Counted from the stretch's first letter, positions 1-12,797 are shown. The stretch is DNA of 64,000 nucleotides from Octopus bimaculoides (GCF_001194135.2 NC_068996.1:7849529-7913528); one strand, 5' to 3'. Numbers and translations: made by a program. The notes: generated by a model from the letters alone, not told the origin.

Positions 1-426
1 GTGCACAATATAATCATTAGTTACTGATTTCCAACAAACTAATGCTCACAGCATTTATGAATGCAACACTGTCAAAGGAGTGCCTATACAATGCTCAACA
101 CCGCATTGTTGGATATATAAGGGGTGCGTGTATATGTAAATGTCAGATAATGAAATGAGTGCTCAATACTGCATTGGTAGATATATAAGGATGTTCACAA
201 AAGGATTTGGACAGGTGTAAAGGTTGTTGATTTATATGTTTCTTTCTAGGTGATCATTGTTTTATAAGCAATTTGATTTGTATATGCAGATTTTAACTCT
301 TGTGCTTTATGGAATTAGAGTTTGTGGGCTTATGTGTCTATAAATATTTCTTCAATTCTATTTCAAACGTACATATTTTATGTTATTTTAGACCTCTGGA
401 TATATGCCAAAGTGGAGCATTATAAA

Positions 427-465
<39 letters not shown>

Positions 466-865
466 GGTATAAAGATGAGAAAAATAAAAATTTAAAAGAA
501 AAAAGATGTAAAAAAAATTTAAACCAAAAGAAAATTGAAAAAGATTAAAAAAAAATTTTCCAACTTGCTTGCATACAAATATATATTTTCTGTGTGTATG
601 TAGACTTGTGGGGACTTTGTTTGGATAGTGAAACTTAATTTCTAGAGTAGTGTAAAGCTGGGAAAATGTCATGTAGATTATTGGGATAGGTGGATGAATG
701 GGAATTACTGAGGTAGCATGTTTAGATGTGAGGAAAAAAAAAATCATTGGAAATGTTTTAGTGCTTTTAAGATTTTATGCTTGCATGAAGAGATTAGTTC
801 AGAATTTGGTCCACAAATGTTGCAGTATTTGGGTGCCATTGGTGAACAAGCTTTCATTCTGTTGG

Positions 866-897
<32 letters not shown>

Positions 898-1092
898 CAG
901 CAGGTATGCCATGATCATCACTGCAATACTGGTTCCCAGCCATGTGTCTTTTCATGCTGGGGAATAAACAGTCAGATGGAGTCAAATCAGAAGGACAGGT
1001 AGACTGATCAGTTCAAAATCAGTCATTGAAACCAAAGACTTATACATTGAAGCATTGACCTGTTGAAACTAGACTCCTTTAGTCAGTTTACC
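1..1092. repeat. Copy 1 of a local direct duplication (copy 2 at about 5956-7388, interrupted by an N gap)
   Basis: 1-126 is identical to 5956-6081. About 668-1092 aligns to 6960-7388 with many substitutions. Homology stops at agtcagtttac, where copy 2 continues into a different element. Confidence 0.9.
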
Positions 1093-1895
1093 TGGTTGTT
1101 TGGTCTTGACAGCCTTTGATAACTGCCTCGGTAAGTTGGCATTGTACTCTTCATGATGGCATGACACTTTTGAAGATGGTCAATGAACTCAAAGCGTTTT
1201 GTATTCCCTGCAGATTAAACAACTTAGGCCTTCTTTGGAGCAGGTGAGGAGGGGTGTTTTCACTGCATGGATTGTCTTTGGCTCAAAATGATGAATCCAA
1301 TACTCATCCTGAGTTAGATGTTCAAGGAAACCAGCTGCATCTGTCTGAATGTCAGAAGAGATGACACCCACGAAGCAGAAGCCCTCATCATGCCAAGTTC
1401 ACTGTGCAGAATATTCTTAACTTTCTCACAAGATATGCTAATAGCATTGGTTATTTGCTTTATACTAAATCATGTCATTCATTACCATGTGGTGAATACA
1501 ATGTTTTCCTTGGTAGTCGCAGTTGCAGCACATCCAGACTTGGGGTCATTTTGAAGACTCTCCCTTCCCCTCCTAAATTCAGCTGTTCACTGTTGCACTG
1601 TTGATAAAGTTCAAGCATCATCCCCTAATTTAGCAACCATGTCAGCATAAATGTCCTTGGGAGCTGACCCCATTTTATGCAGGTACTTGATAACACCACA
1701 ATGCCAAATTTAGTCCATTTTCAAGAAAAGTTGCTACTAGTGATGTCTGAAGTCTGAACAGTCAGATGTGAGTTTACTTGGAAAGAAGCAATGCAGTTAT
1801 TAATAAGAAGAGATGAAATTAATGCATGTAAGATTTCATAACTCAAACATCACTCCTTCATAGTCAGCCTATGAACTTTTCAGCCTACCCTCATA
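790..1895 (-). mobile_element. Decayed mariner (DD34D-type) transposon
   Basis: TIR-like end tatgagggtaggctgaaaagtt (revcomp of about 1874-1895). Minus-strand translations give VIKYLHKMG..PKDIYADMV, AEFRRGRESLQNDPKSG, ELGMMRASASWV (WVP motif), TQDEYWIHHFEPKT and PSDCLFPSMK. Multiple stops and frameshifts. Confidence 0.88.
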
Positions 1896-2520
1896 TTGAG
1901 AATGTTTTTCTTAATCCAGAAAGCATTGTTGTAGAAGAGAGATTTTCTTGCTTGCAGTATTGTTTCTATTTTGGTGCTGTTTATTGTGGTTATGGTTTTA
2001 GCAAAGCAGCTACAAGGATAGGTTTTGTTATTGATGCATAATAGTCTTTTATGTCAAACTGGAAGAAATGGCATTTGTTTTTGTTTGCATTTTTGTTCAA
2101 CCAATCTATTAGTGATTGTTACTCTAGAGAGGTAATGCTGATGTTTTTTTATTTTTAGTGAGAATTTGCCTATGACTTTTTCATGTCCAGTTTCAAAGGA
2201 TTCATGGGTCTGACAGATAGGTTACCACTGAAGCTTGGTTTGTGGTCTTTCATGGCTACAGTGTTCATGTATCTACATGCATTTTAAATTTAGTGGCTAT
2301 TTCTTTAGCTGTGGTGTTTATATTGTTTAAAGCTTTTTTTTTTTTCTTTTTTGAGGGAATGTATTGGAGATTATGTAAGAAAGTAAGCAGTTACAAGTGG
2401 TTTCACTTATCTGGTTGGTTGTTTCTATTGTCCGATTTTACAAATATATTTGAGCTTGTTTTTTCATGGTTGATTTTTTTTGTTCCAGTTCTTTCTGCAA
2501 GTCATTGCTTCATTTGTTGA
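1896..2520 (-). mobile_element. Penelope-like element RT N-terminal remnant, abutting the mariner
   Basis: Minus-strand peptides AMKDHKPSFSGNLSVRPMNP, NKCHFFQFDIKDYYASIT and ARKSLFYNNAFWIKKN match PLE RT motifs (TLKDHK..CRLINP; F.QFDI..FYPSI; ARKSLL). The ARKS..W.KK motif recurs in the 22.06 kb fragment. Confidence 0.75.
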
Positions 2521-2789
2521 ATTTTATTTGCTTGATCATCTTTGAAGGGATGTACCACATTCACTATTACACATTTATAATGAATGTGACTTAATTCGTA
2601 AGTCAGTCTGATCATGAATGGTAAAATACAGGACGTCACAACTCAGCCAGTAATGTCAGGAGATAGTTCAAGTATTATATCTGTGAACCCTTATGAATGG
2701 AAATTGGGCCAAAGAACCACATGCCTGCACATGATCATGCAAGGTTTAGTGAAAAGAAGGCACCATTCTGACAAAAAGTAGCAATCAGC

Positions 2790-2829
<40 letters not shown>

Positions 2830-2831
<2 letters not shown>

Positions 2832-3921
2832 TAGCTGGTGTACCTGGTAATTCCTGGAGGTAAAGATGTTCTATTGAAACGCCTTATTACATTGGTATAA
2901 GAAAGCAATTTCGTTATAACTGCCACAAAAGGTGTATTTTCCGTCAAGAAAACGTACAAAAACTGTCAGCTGGAGGAGGGAGAGTCTGTCGGAGGTTGGC
3001 GAGAGGCAAAGACATTCTGCTTAGCGAAGGCATCTGGGAAATGTATAACTGATGTCATTCACAGAAAAACTATTGTCTTACCATGAAAAAAACGCTGTTC
3101 AAGTGTTAAGTGAAATTTGGCAATTGAGGATCGAATCCACACTATGCCTACATGAAGCCACTACAAATACGTTGCGGAATAAAAACTTTATCTACTGTCA
3201 TGGAAAAAGTGTAACTGTAAAAATACAGAATTATTGGAGTAATGGCCATTCAAAAAAGTATGTTTGTATAAAAATGTATGAATGAAGTCTTTAATGTTTA
3301 AGATTCAAATTAAGGAAGTGCAATAATATTGTTCAACAGTTCAAAACAGAGCAGTGAAATGCAGGATTAGGTGAGAATCAAATATCGATCACTTCGCTAA
3401 AATCTGCAGATGGTATGGGTTATTTCTCTTGGGTTGTTTAAATAAAATAATTAGTAATACGTAGTAGATAGAAGGATCCATTGGAAGGGCCCTATTATTG
3501 ATTTTTTTCAACAATCTAAGTATGTCACAAGGTTTCCAGACATGAGTTCTACTCACGTGTCTAATAAAATCTAAAAGTAATATTGTCTGCAAAAATTAGA
3601 AATAGAACAGAAAAAAATCATTATACAAAGTAATCAAACATACAATTAAATGGGTTATTTCCATAGAATGTTTTAAAAAAATATTGTGCAGATGCTATGA
3701 ATTATTTCCCTTGGGTGTTTAAAAAAAAATTAGTTGTATGAGGTAGATATAAAGGTCCTTTCCAGGTGCCATATTATTGATTTTTTTCAACAATCTAAGT
3801 ATGTCATGAGGTTTCCAGACAAGAGTTCTACTCATGTGTCGAGTTTCATCAAAATCAATAAAACGATGTAGAAGTTAGCTAACAATGTCACAAACACACT
3901 GATTTTCCACATATGTAGTAG

Positions 3922-3923
<2 letters not shown>
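2830..3923 (+). mobile_element. Helitron/DINE-like non-autonomous element (tentative)
   Basis: Starts actagctggtgtacctggtaattcctgg and ends gtttcatcaaaatc...atatgtagtagat, resembling invertebrate Helitron-like non-autonomous termini. Contains an internal 69-bp direct duplication (3492-3560 / 3771-3840). Confidence 0.4.
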
Positions 3924-3961
<38 letters not shown>

Positions 3962-4433
3962 TATATACAGAGGAACACATACATACAATAGGTTTCAGTA
4001 CAGTTTCCAAGTACCATATTAAAATGAAACCCAAGCTAGAAGTTGGAGATCTTTCTCCAAAGTGCCTATATAGTGGGATCAAAGTTAAAACCACATAATT
4101 GTGGAAAATTTAACTACAGAACTATGACCACATTCACTGCATTCATTCAAACATTGTGCTACTCAAACTATTTTGATTTGAAGGAGAATTTTACTATTTC
4201 CTATATCTCAAACAAATATATTCTTTTTTCACTTAAAGTGATTTATCTGGAAACAGTGTTGTCAAATTTGATACAATTTCTTGTGCTTTACTGTAAAATC
4301 TTGTACAGCAAACTAAAAACATTTGTTTTGGCAAATCCTGTTTCAATTTATTTCAGTATATTTATCAGATTATTTTATATTGTACTATATATAATTTTTT
4401 TTATCATAGTTTCATATTTTTAACTGTTACAAT

Positions 4434-4464
<31 letters not shown>

Positions 4465-4815
4465 AAGGGCCTTTTTCAGATTCCATCAACCATTCACAAG
4501 GCTTTGGTCAACCTGGTGGCTATAGCAGAAGAAACTTGCCTAAGGTTGATATTCAAAGGGTTCATGCTACATTATTCAATACATTTGGAAATAAAATTTT
4601 ATGCTTTGTCTGTTCACCTCATTGGATTAAAAAAATTTGGCTGTTATTTCTCCTTGTAAGAAGACAGAGTACATCTGTTGCTTATGCTAATGAACATTCA
4701 TGCTAATGAACATCAAGTACATTACTTAGTTAAATTTACATGTAAATGTTTGAGTCCCCCCACAGATACATGTACTCCTCAGATGGATTGAGTACAAGTT
4801 ATAATCCATCCAGTA

Positions 4816-5035
4816 GATACAGTTCTATATTTTAAGAGATGGGGAAATATTTACATTATTTAAATTTGACAGATATTTGTCCCCAACTTTTTTGTTGTCA
4901 ACAACGTTTCGGCTGATATACCCTCAGCCTTCATCGGGTGTCTTGGACACCCGATGAAGGCTGGAGGGTATATCAGCCAAAACATTGTGTAAATAATGTA
5001 CATAATTCCTCATCTCTTAAATATAGAACTGTATC
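4816..5035. mobile_element. Fold-back (inverted) duplication of a PLE-type tail with two hammerhead-like cores
   Basis: The 4816-4942 arm is the inverted repeat of 4946-5035 (with a ~45-nt deletion) around the loop ttg. Each arm reads gacac-CCGATGA-a-ggctg..cagcc-(G/A)AAA. Confidence 0.85.
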
Positions 5036-5313
5036 ACTCCTTTCACTCATAAATCTTCTCAATCACTTGGATGTAAAACAATCATACAAACATGGCTTCC
5101 TCAAAAATAAATTAAAACTAAAATCTAACGCTTATGTTATAATTCAGGGAAATAATTTTAGTAAAATTTAACTCTAGTAAAATAATTTTCCCATTCAGCT
5201 AAACTTCAAAATAGTTTTTTTTTTTTGTTTTTTTTTTTTTGAACAATGAATTTTAAAATAGATAAAGTTTAAAAAAAGTGTAAATATTGAGTTGAGAAAC
5301 CTTTTGGATATTA

Positions 5314-5401
5314 AAAGTCAAAGGTTGCCATGGGACTTGAACCCACATCTCTTCTGAACAGGACACACGCTACTATTCGACCAAAGCAATCCTTTGACTT
5401 T
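5314..5401 (-). pseudogene. tRNA-like module of a repeat family, on an extended closing stem
   Basis: The minus strand has an A-box-like TGGTCGAATAG, a T-arm GTGGG-TTCAAGT-CCCAT, a loop CTGTTCA and a 16-bp closing stem (AAAGTCAAAGG..TTGC/GCAA..CCTTTGACTTT). A second degenerate copy lies at 18029-18147. Confidence 0.6.
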
Positions 5402-5529
5402 CTCTTTCCATTTTAGAAACTTTATTCTTATCAGTAACAATTCTTTTGGAGGGAACAGTGACTCTCAAAACAGAAAAAGCTAGAAATAATATTAACAACC
5501 TATTATTTTATAGCTTTGTCTGATTCTAG

Positions 5530-5885
5530 ATTCTCTGGTTCAAAAAAACAACAAAAAAATTTCAAGTTTATACATTCTATTGATGTCAGCAATAATGAAA
5601 GTTATAATTTATACCATTTTAAAATAGGAAAATGTGTTTCATAGATCCAAAAGGTGGTCCCATGTGGAGTCAGTATCAAGAGTAATAGATGACAATAAAT
5701 TGCTTTNNNNNNNNNNAAAAAAAAAAAAAAAAAAAAATTTTAAGTTTATACATTCTATTGATGTCAGCAATAATGAAAGTTTTAATTTATACTATTTTAA
5801 AATAGGAAAATGTGTTTCATAGATCCAAAGGTAGTCCCATGTGGAGTCAGTATCAAGAGTAATAGATGACAATAAATTGCTTTTC
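5530..5885. repeat. About 170-bp tandem duplication spanning a short N gap (probably an assembly or haplotype overlap)
   Basis: The sequence aatttcaagtttatacattct...gacaataaattgcttt occurs on both sides of the Ns at 5707-5716, with a few differences. Confidence 0.85.
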
Positions 5886-7161
5886 ACTAAGGAATGCACC
5901 TGGGACTACACTTTTGTTCTACACTGTGTGTATTTATTTCTGTATAATGCACTTTGTGCACAATATAATCATTAGTTACTGATTTCCAACAAACTAATGC
6001 TCACAGCATTTATGAATGCAACACTGTCAAAGGAGTGCCTATACAATGCTCAACACCGCATTGTTGGATATATAAGGGGTGNNNNNNNNNNNNNNNNNNN
6101 NNNNNNNNNNNNNNNNNNNNNNNNNNNNNNNNNNNNNNNNNNNNNNNNNNNNNNNNNNNNNNNNNNNNNNNNNNNNNNNNNNNNNNNNNNNNNNNNNNNN
6201 NNNNNNNNNNNNNNNNNNNNNNNNNNNNNNNNNNNNNNNNNNNNNNNNNNNNNNNNNNNNNNNNNNNNNNNNNNNNNNNNNNNNNNNNNNNNNNNNNNNN
6301 NNNNNNNNNNNNNNNNNNNNNNNNNNNNNNNNNNNNNNNNNNNNNNNNNNNNNNNNNNNNNNNNNNNNNNNNNNNNNNNNNNNNNNNNNNNNNNNNNNNN
6401 NNNNNNNNNNNNNNNNNNNNNNNNNNNNNNNNNNNNNNNNNNNNNNNNNNNNNNNNNNNNNNNNNNNNNNNNNNNNNNNNNNNNNNNNNNNNNNNNNNNN
6501 NNNNNNNNNNNNNNNNNNNNNNNNNNNNNNNNNNNNNNNNNNNNNNNNNNNNNNNNNNNNNNNNNNNNNNNNNNNNNNNNNNNNNNNNNNNNNNNNNNNN
6601 NNNNNNNNNNNNNNNNNNNNNNNNNNNNNNNNNNNNNNNNNNNNNNNNNNNNNNNNNNNNNNNNNNNNNNNNNNNNNNNNNNNNNNNNNNNNNNNNNNNN
6701 NNNNNNNNNNNNNNNNNNNNNNNNNNNNNNNNNNNNNNNNNNNNNNNNNNNNNNNNNNNNNNNNNNNNNNNNNNNNNNNNNNNNNNNNNNNNNNNNNNNN
6801 NNNNNNNNNNNNNNNNNNNNNNNNNNNNNNNNNNNNNNNNNNNNNNNNNNNNNNNNNNNNNNNNNNNNNNNNNNNNNNNNNNNNNNNNNNNNNNNNNNNN
6901 NNNNNNNNNNNNNNNNNNNNNNNNNNNNNNNNNNNNNNNNNNNNNNNNNNNNNNNNNNNTGTACATTATTGGGATAGATGGATGAAGGTGAATTAGTGAG
7001 GTAGCATGTTTTTAAATGTGAGGAAAAAAAAATTATTCATTGGAAAGGTTTTAGTGTTTTTAAGATCTTATGCTTGCATGAAGAGACTAGTTCAGAATTT
7101 GGTCTACAAATGTTGCAGTGTTTGGGTGCCATTGGTGAACAAGTTTTCATTCTGTTGGTAA

Positions 7162-7192
<31 letters not shown>

Positions 7193-7388
7193 CAGCAGGT
7201 ATGCCATGATCATCACTGCAATACTGGTTCCCAGCCAAGTGTCTTTTCATGCTGGGAAACAAACAGTCAGATGGAGTCAAATCAGGAGGACAGGGAGACT
7301 GACCAGTTCAAAACCAGTCGTTGAAACCAAAGACTTATGTATTGAAGCATTGACCTGTTGAAACTAGACTCCTTTAGTCAGTTTACTG

Positions 7389-7556
7389 AGTTCGACTCCA
7401 GGCAGTGACCTGAATAATAATATCAAAAAATAGGAATGAGAATCCAGGTTTGAAATTTCCCCAAGACACCTGAACAAGGCTGGAGGGTATATCAGCTGAA
7501 ACGTTGTGTTAACAACAAACAAGATGAGGACAAATATCCGTCAAATGTAAATAATG
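7389..7556 (+). mobile_element. 5'-truncated tRNA-head/hammerhead-tail element
   Basis: B-box gagttcgactcc, linker gcagtgacctgaa...taggaatgagaa.ccaggtttgaaatttccccaa, hammerhead-like core at 7465-7510, then the tail aacaagatgaggacaaatatccgtcaaatgtaaataatg shared with the 25.1 and 50.4 kb copies. Confidence 0.85.
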
Positions 7557-7803
7557 CCCATCCAGTAGACTTTGACACAGTTTCTTCCTACCAAATTTTA
7601 TGCAAAAGACTTGGATTAACTCAAGACTAGTAAAAACATTTGCTGAAGATACCAGGCAGTGAAATTGAAACTGGAGTCTCATGATTTCAAAGTGAACAGC
7701 TTAATCACTCGGCCACTTCTACTCCACATCCTCACTCGCACCCATTCACATTACACACATACACAATATATATATTTTCACACACATACATATATACACA
7801 CAT

Positions 7804-7852
<49 letters not shown>

Positions 7853-8040
7853 TTTTATACACATATACACACACATTATATACACATATACACACATACA
7901 CATATCATATGCACACATACACATATACACATTATATACACACATGCACATATACACACATATGCACACATTCACATTATATACACACATACACACACAC
8001 ATACATATTCTCACACACACACACACACACATATTCCCAC

Positions 8041-8295
8041 ACACCATCTCGACTTACGACAGAGATGCATTCCGACTGACAGGTCAAATTTATAGTTTTC
8101 AACACCATTTTCATTCAAACGCAACTGATGCTTGAAAGTGACTGAATGAGAGACAGTGGCAAGCAGTGGGTGCCTGGGTCTGAAGGAGGCCTGTGTTGCC
8201 AAATACTGCCATAGTTACCTTATGCCAAAAATCAATTATAAAAATTTTTTGATTTTTGATTTTTGTGGTCATAAGTCGTAAGTTGAAAAGGCGTG
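8041..8295. mobile_element. Tigger/pogo-type MITE
   Basis: Subterminal inverted repeats tctcgacttacgac ... gtcgtaagttgaaa; non-coding interior. Confidence 0.55.
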
Positions 8296-8430
8296 TGTGT
8301 GTGTGATAACTGAGGAAGAATTAGGGTCCTTGTGTCTATCCTACTTGTAGGTTTTGTAGTATTTACTGCATTTTTCATTTATGGAATAATTGAACGCTAC
8401 ACATCCCGACTTTTAACAGTAAGTTTGTAT

Positions 8431-8490
<60 letters not shown>

Positions 8491-8496
8491 ATATAT

Positions 8497-9832
8497 ATAG
8501 GCTGTGATGGATGAACTGTCACCATTTTAGGTTTTAAATTTCATGCATGCACATTGTTTCTGATTTTGTCAACTACACAGTATAGTAGGGTCAGTTGGGC
8601 ACTGTCTATGAGAAAAACAGCACCATAATACAATTCACTGCTAGTAATTTGGAAATGACCTGCTGTACTGTTTAGCATTCATGCTGGAAGCTCCAATATG
8701 AGCATTTCAGAGGGTTTGGGTATCGATCTGAGGATAGCACAATTGAATTCAGAAAGAGTTGGAGATTACAAAGGTACAGCAGTTCAGAAGACTCTCAGAT
8801 CATTCCGATAAGAACTGAATTTGTTGGTGAGATCCAGGCCATGATTGCTAACGATCCTTCCAAGTCAATCAGAACCATCGTCAGGAACATGGAAGTGTCT
8901 GAGTTTCTTATCAGGCAGGTAGTGCACAAACACATTTGGCATTCCTCATACAAGATGAAAAAGGGCCAATTTTTATCCCAAGCCATCAAGGACAAGAGGA
9001 AAGACTGTGCTATGAAGCTTTTGAACAAACTCAAGCATCCTCTTCAACCAAACATGCTTTGGTTTTTCTCAGATGAGAAAAATTTCTGCCAGTGTCAGAT
9101 GGTGAACACAGAGCAACCTTTGGCTTGCCACATTCCCAAAACTTGTACCAAGAGTGATAAAAATCAAACATCCAGTCAACATCACGGTGATTGGAGTGAT
9201 CACTAGTGATGGCAACGTTATGCCTCCATTCATCTTTCCACATGGCCTCACACTCAAATCGGGTGGGGGGGGGGCTATATCAAGTGCCTGGAGGAAGTAA
9301 TGCTGTTCTGAGTTAAGAGGGTTGCTGCTGGAAGACCCTATGTCTGGCCAAAAGGACTCTGCACCATGCCACACAAGCAGGAGAACCCAGTCTTGGCTGT
9401 CAGACAATTTCTGCGACCACATCACCCGAACACCTGGCCACCTAACTAAGACTGCAACTCCCTTGATCATAATGTGTGGGGTGCAGTTGAGCGAAAGACC
9501 AACAAAACTTCTTGTAGCACCAAAGATGAACTGACGGCAAGGATAATGGCAGCATTCAATAATTCAAACAAGGAGACTGTCCAGAAGAGTTGCAGGAGAT
9601 TCTGAAATCGTCTGGAGGCCATGGTTGAAGCCAATACTCTTACTTTTTTACTTGTTTCAGTCATTTGACTGCGGCCATGCTGGAGCACTGCCTTTAGTCG
9701 AGGAAATCGACCCCAGGACTTATTCTTTGTAAGCCTAGTACCTATTCTATCAGTCTCTTTTGCCAAACTGCAAAGTTACAGGGACGTAGACACACCATCA
9801 TCGGTTGTCAAGCGATGTTGGGGGGACAGACA

Positions 9833-9876
<44 letters not shown>

Positions 9877-10181
9877 TATATACGACGGACTTCTTTCAGT
9901 TTCGGTCTACCAAATCCACTCACAAGGCTTTGGTCGGCCCGAGGCTATAGTTGAAGACACTTGCCCAAGGTGCCACGCAGTGGGACTGAACCCGGAACCA
10001 TGTGGTTCGTAAGCAAGCTACTTACCACACAGCCACTCCTACGCCTATGGTGATTTCATTAAATTTACTTTTTAGTATTTCAAGGTATTTTAATGTAACT
10101 TTGGTGAATATATCTATTAAAATGAGATAGTGATATTTTCATTTTTGTGTAACTTAGGCAATTTATTTCCTGCACCCTGTA
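8497..10181 (+). mobile_element. Decayed Tc1/mariner transposon of DD37D (maT-like) type, interrupted by a SINE
   Basis: Frameshifted transposase at 8841-9620 with WFFSDEKNF, GVITSDGNVMPPFIFPHG, YVWPKDSAPCHTSRRTQSWL and a WPP..D motif. The 3' end cctgcaccctgta is TIR-like (TACAGGGTG). Confidence 0.85.
9635..10046 (-). mobile_element. tRNA-derived SINE, family A, full length and young
   Basis: Head aggcgtaggagtggctgtgtggtaagtagcttgctt..ccgggttcagtccc (A and B boxes), ccttgggcaagtgtc segment, central (TA/CA)n and tail gaaacaagtaaaaaagtaaga. CpGs are retained. Confidence 0.95.
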
Positions 10182-11678
10182 CACACACACACACACACAC
10201 ACACACCCCACATGCCAAATGTGGAGAATTCTTGTTTTTTTAAGATCATCTCCCCTTATATGCAGCTGGCCTCAATTGCCATTTGCGAATTATGACATCC
10301 TTTAGCACTAAAGACAATTTTAATAAATCAAGAATATATATTGTGTGGCATTTCATATACTTGTATTTGCCTAAGTTGTTCAAATACATGTCAACGTCCA
10401 CTGAAAAATTTCGCTTAGCTCATTTCTGTTCCAACAATGTGTGTGTGTGTGTGTGCAAATGTGCATGCATGCATGTGTGTGCTATTTCACTTAGTCATGG
10501 TAATATTAATAACCAAATCTTAGAACTCAATATACTTTACAGCAAACCAGCAGGTCAGTGCAGAGCATTATTAATTAATGAACGACAAAAGAGCAAAAGT
10601 TATATCACTCATTAGCTAATGAAAGTGATTATGTAACTCCTGTTCTTTCATAATTAACATTTATTTCATATCTTTTGCTATGCTTTCATAGATGGAACAA
10701 ATGTTATTTGAGGTATTGTTTTACAACCCAATACCCTTTCGGATGCTAAGCATAGTCCAAGAAGATGAATGGAGGCATAACATCACCATCACTAGTAAGA
10801 GATCAGTTATTCCACAGGGGTTTTGATGCGTGATTCACCTACAGCAGTGATTTTTAGGGCTGCCACTCCCTTGGCACTCGGGCAACATTCGTAGAGCCCA
10901 TCCACATTCACCCCCACAAACATAAACCTCTTTCTGAAGCAAATTCAAAACAAATGTATTTCACAAAACTTAACCTAATTAACCCATTATTTTGGGCTTT
11001 TTTTTTTTTTTTTTTACATCTGTCACCCTTTTCTTGACTCCCCATTATTGCCCCACTTTTCTTTAACATGCCCCTAGATCTTTACGCTGCCCCCACGGGT
11101 GGGGGCACTACTGCCCACTTTGGGAATTGCTGGCCTACACTTAAGACAAACTGAAAATTACACTGCCCACATTTTCACAGAAGCACACTTTCATTTGCAA
11201 ATATGAAGAATAAAGTCAGATATACACACAAGGGCATCACTGAAGTGAGAAGCTTGCTTCCCAACCAATTGGCTTCAGGTTCAGCATCACTGTGTGGCAC
11301 CACAAGTTGACCAAAGTCTTGTGTGGAGGTTTGATAGATGGAAACGCACAGAAACGTGTGTGTTTATATTCAATTCTCTGAAAAATCACTGAGCTACAAG
11401 CAGTGAAGATATTTTGCCTCTCAACTAATCATTTCCTAGGCTTCTCCCTTCATATGTTATAAAAGATGTATTTGTGGAAAAGATAAGGGATTGCAACAAA
11501 CACGAACAATGTACTGCTGAAAACAATATCTCAATAGTGTATGTAATCCATGGAAAAATGGATGTAAAAATGAGTGAATTTTATATAAATTTACACACAC
11601 ACAAATCAATGTGAGGTTTTGTATATGACTGACATGCAAGAATTAGTAGCTAAAATCTTCCTCCATACCAGACACCTT

Positions 11679-11711
<33 letters not shown>

Positions 11712-12159
11712 CAAAAAAATTCATTGGATAAATACAGTCCTGTCCTATGTCCATGTCTAACAAAACAAATATAATAAAATGTGTAAAAAAGAATAAAAAA
11801 ACACTGGTCGTGGTTGAAATACTTTTGATTATATGTCTGCTTGATCACAATTGACCAAAGACGGGTTCGGTTAAAATAGAAAAATATTTATAGCAAATGT
11901 GAAACATTAAAATCCAAGGAAGCTAGTGTTGGTCTGTGTAGGCCGTTCACTATTACTATTACTGCATTCCATCTCTGTCCCCTTAATTTCTCTCAGTCTG
12001 CTCCCCCCACACACACACACACAAACAACTAGGTCTTAATTGAGTATAATATGCTTCACTAAGAACCAATAAAACTAAAACATGTCTTGCTTTCCCCAAT
12101 TGGTTTTGAAGGCAATTTATACTGTCTAGTCTACATTGATAATTAAAAAATATTCTGAC

Positions 12160-12755
12160 ATGGCTTTGTGGTTAAGATGGTTGTTTTGCAATCACAGCTT
12201 CAGATTTGATTCTACTGTGCAGCATGTTGGTTAAGCCTTCTCTTATAGTCCCAGGTTAACCAATGCCTTATGAGTGAATTTGGTAAACAGAAACTGTGAT
12301 GCTTGTTGTATGTGTGTGTCTTCATATTAATGTTTGCTCTACCACCCAGTGTTTCAAGTCTTGGTATATTTATGTACCAATAATTAACAATTTGGCAAAA
12401 AGAGACATAGAATAAGTACAGTATTAAAGGCAGCGAGCTGACAGAAAATGTTAGCATGCCGGGCAAAATGCTTAGCGGTATTTCGTCTGCCTTTATGTTC
12501 TGAGTTCAAATTCTGCAGAGGTCAACTTTGCCTTTCATCCTTTCGGGGTCGATAAATTATGTAACAGTTACGTACTGAGGTCAATCTAATTAACTGGTCC
12601 CCTCCCTAAAGATTTCGGGCCTTGTGCCTAGAGTAGAAAAAGAATAAGTACAGACTTAAAAACATAAATACTGAGGTTAATTTGTTCAACTAAACACTTC
12701 AAAGTGGTACCCCAACATGGCCACAGTCCTACAACTGGAAACAGGAAGATAATAG
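12160..12755 (+). mobile_element. SINE family A carrying a nested SINE family B (12422-12640)
   Basis: The family A body is interrupted by aaggcagcgagctgacagaa...gtagaaaa, flanked by the 13-bp TSD agaataagtacag (12409-12421 / 12641-12653). Confidence 0.85.
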
Positions 12756-12797
12756 ATGTTTGCTCATATTGGAGTCATTTCCCTTATTTGTTATTTA

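Noticed and set aside
5997-6996. Long ORFs of 245-326 aa (also at 27.7-28.5 kb, 35.5-36.2 kb and 62.9-63.3 kb)
   Set aside because: They only span N gaps (poly-X).
7659-8135. His/Thr/Tyr/Ile- or Cys/Val-rich ORFs here and at 21.3, 22.9, 24.0-24.6 and 41.7-42.3 kb
   Set aside because: Translations of (CA)n/(TA)n microsatellites.
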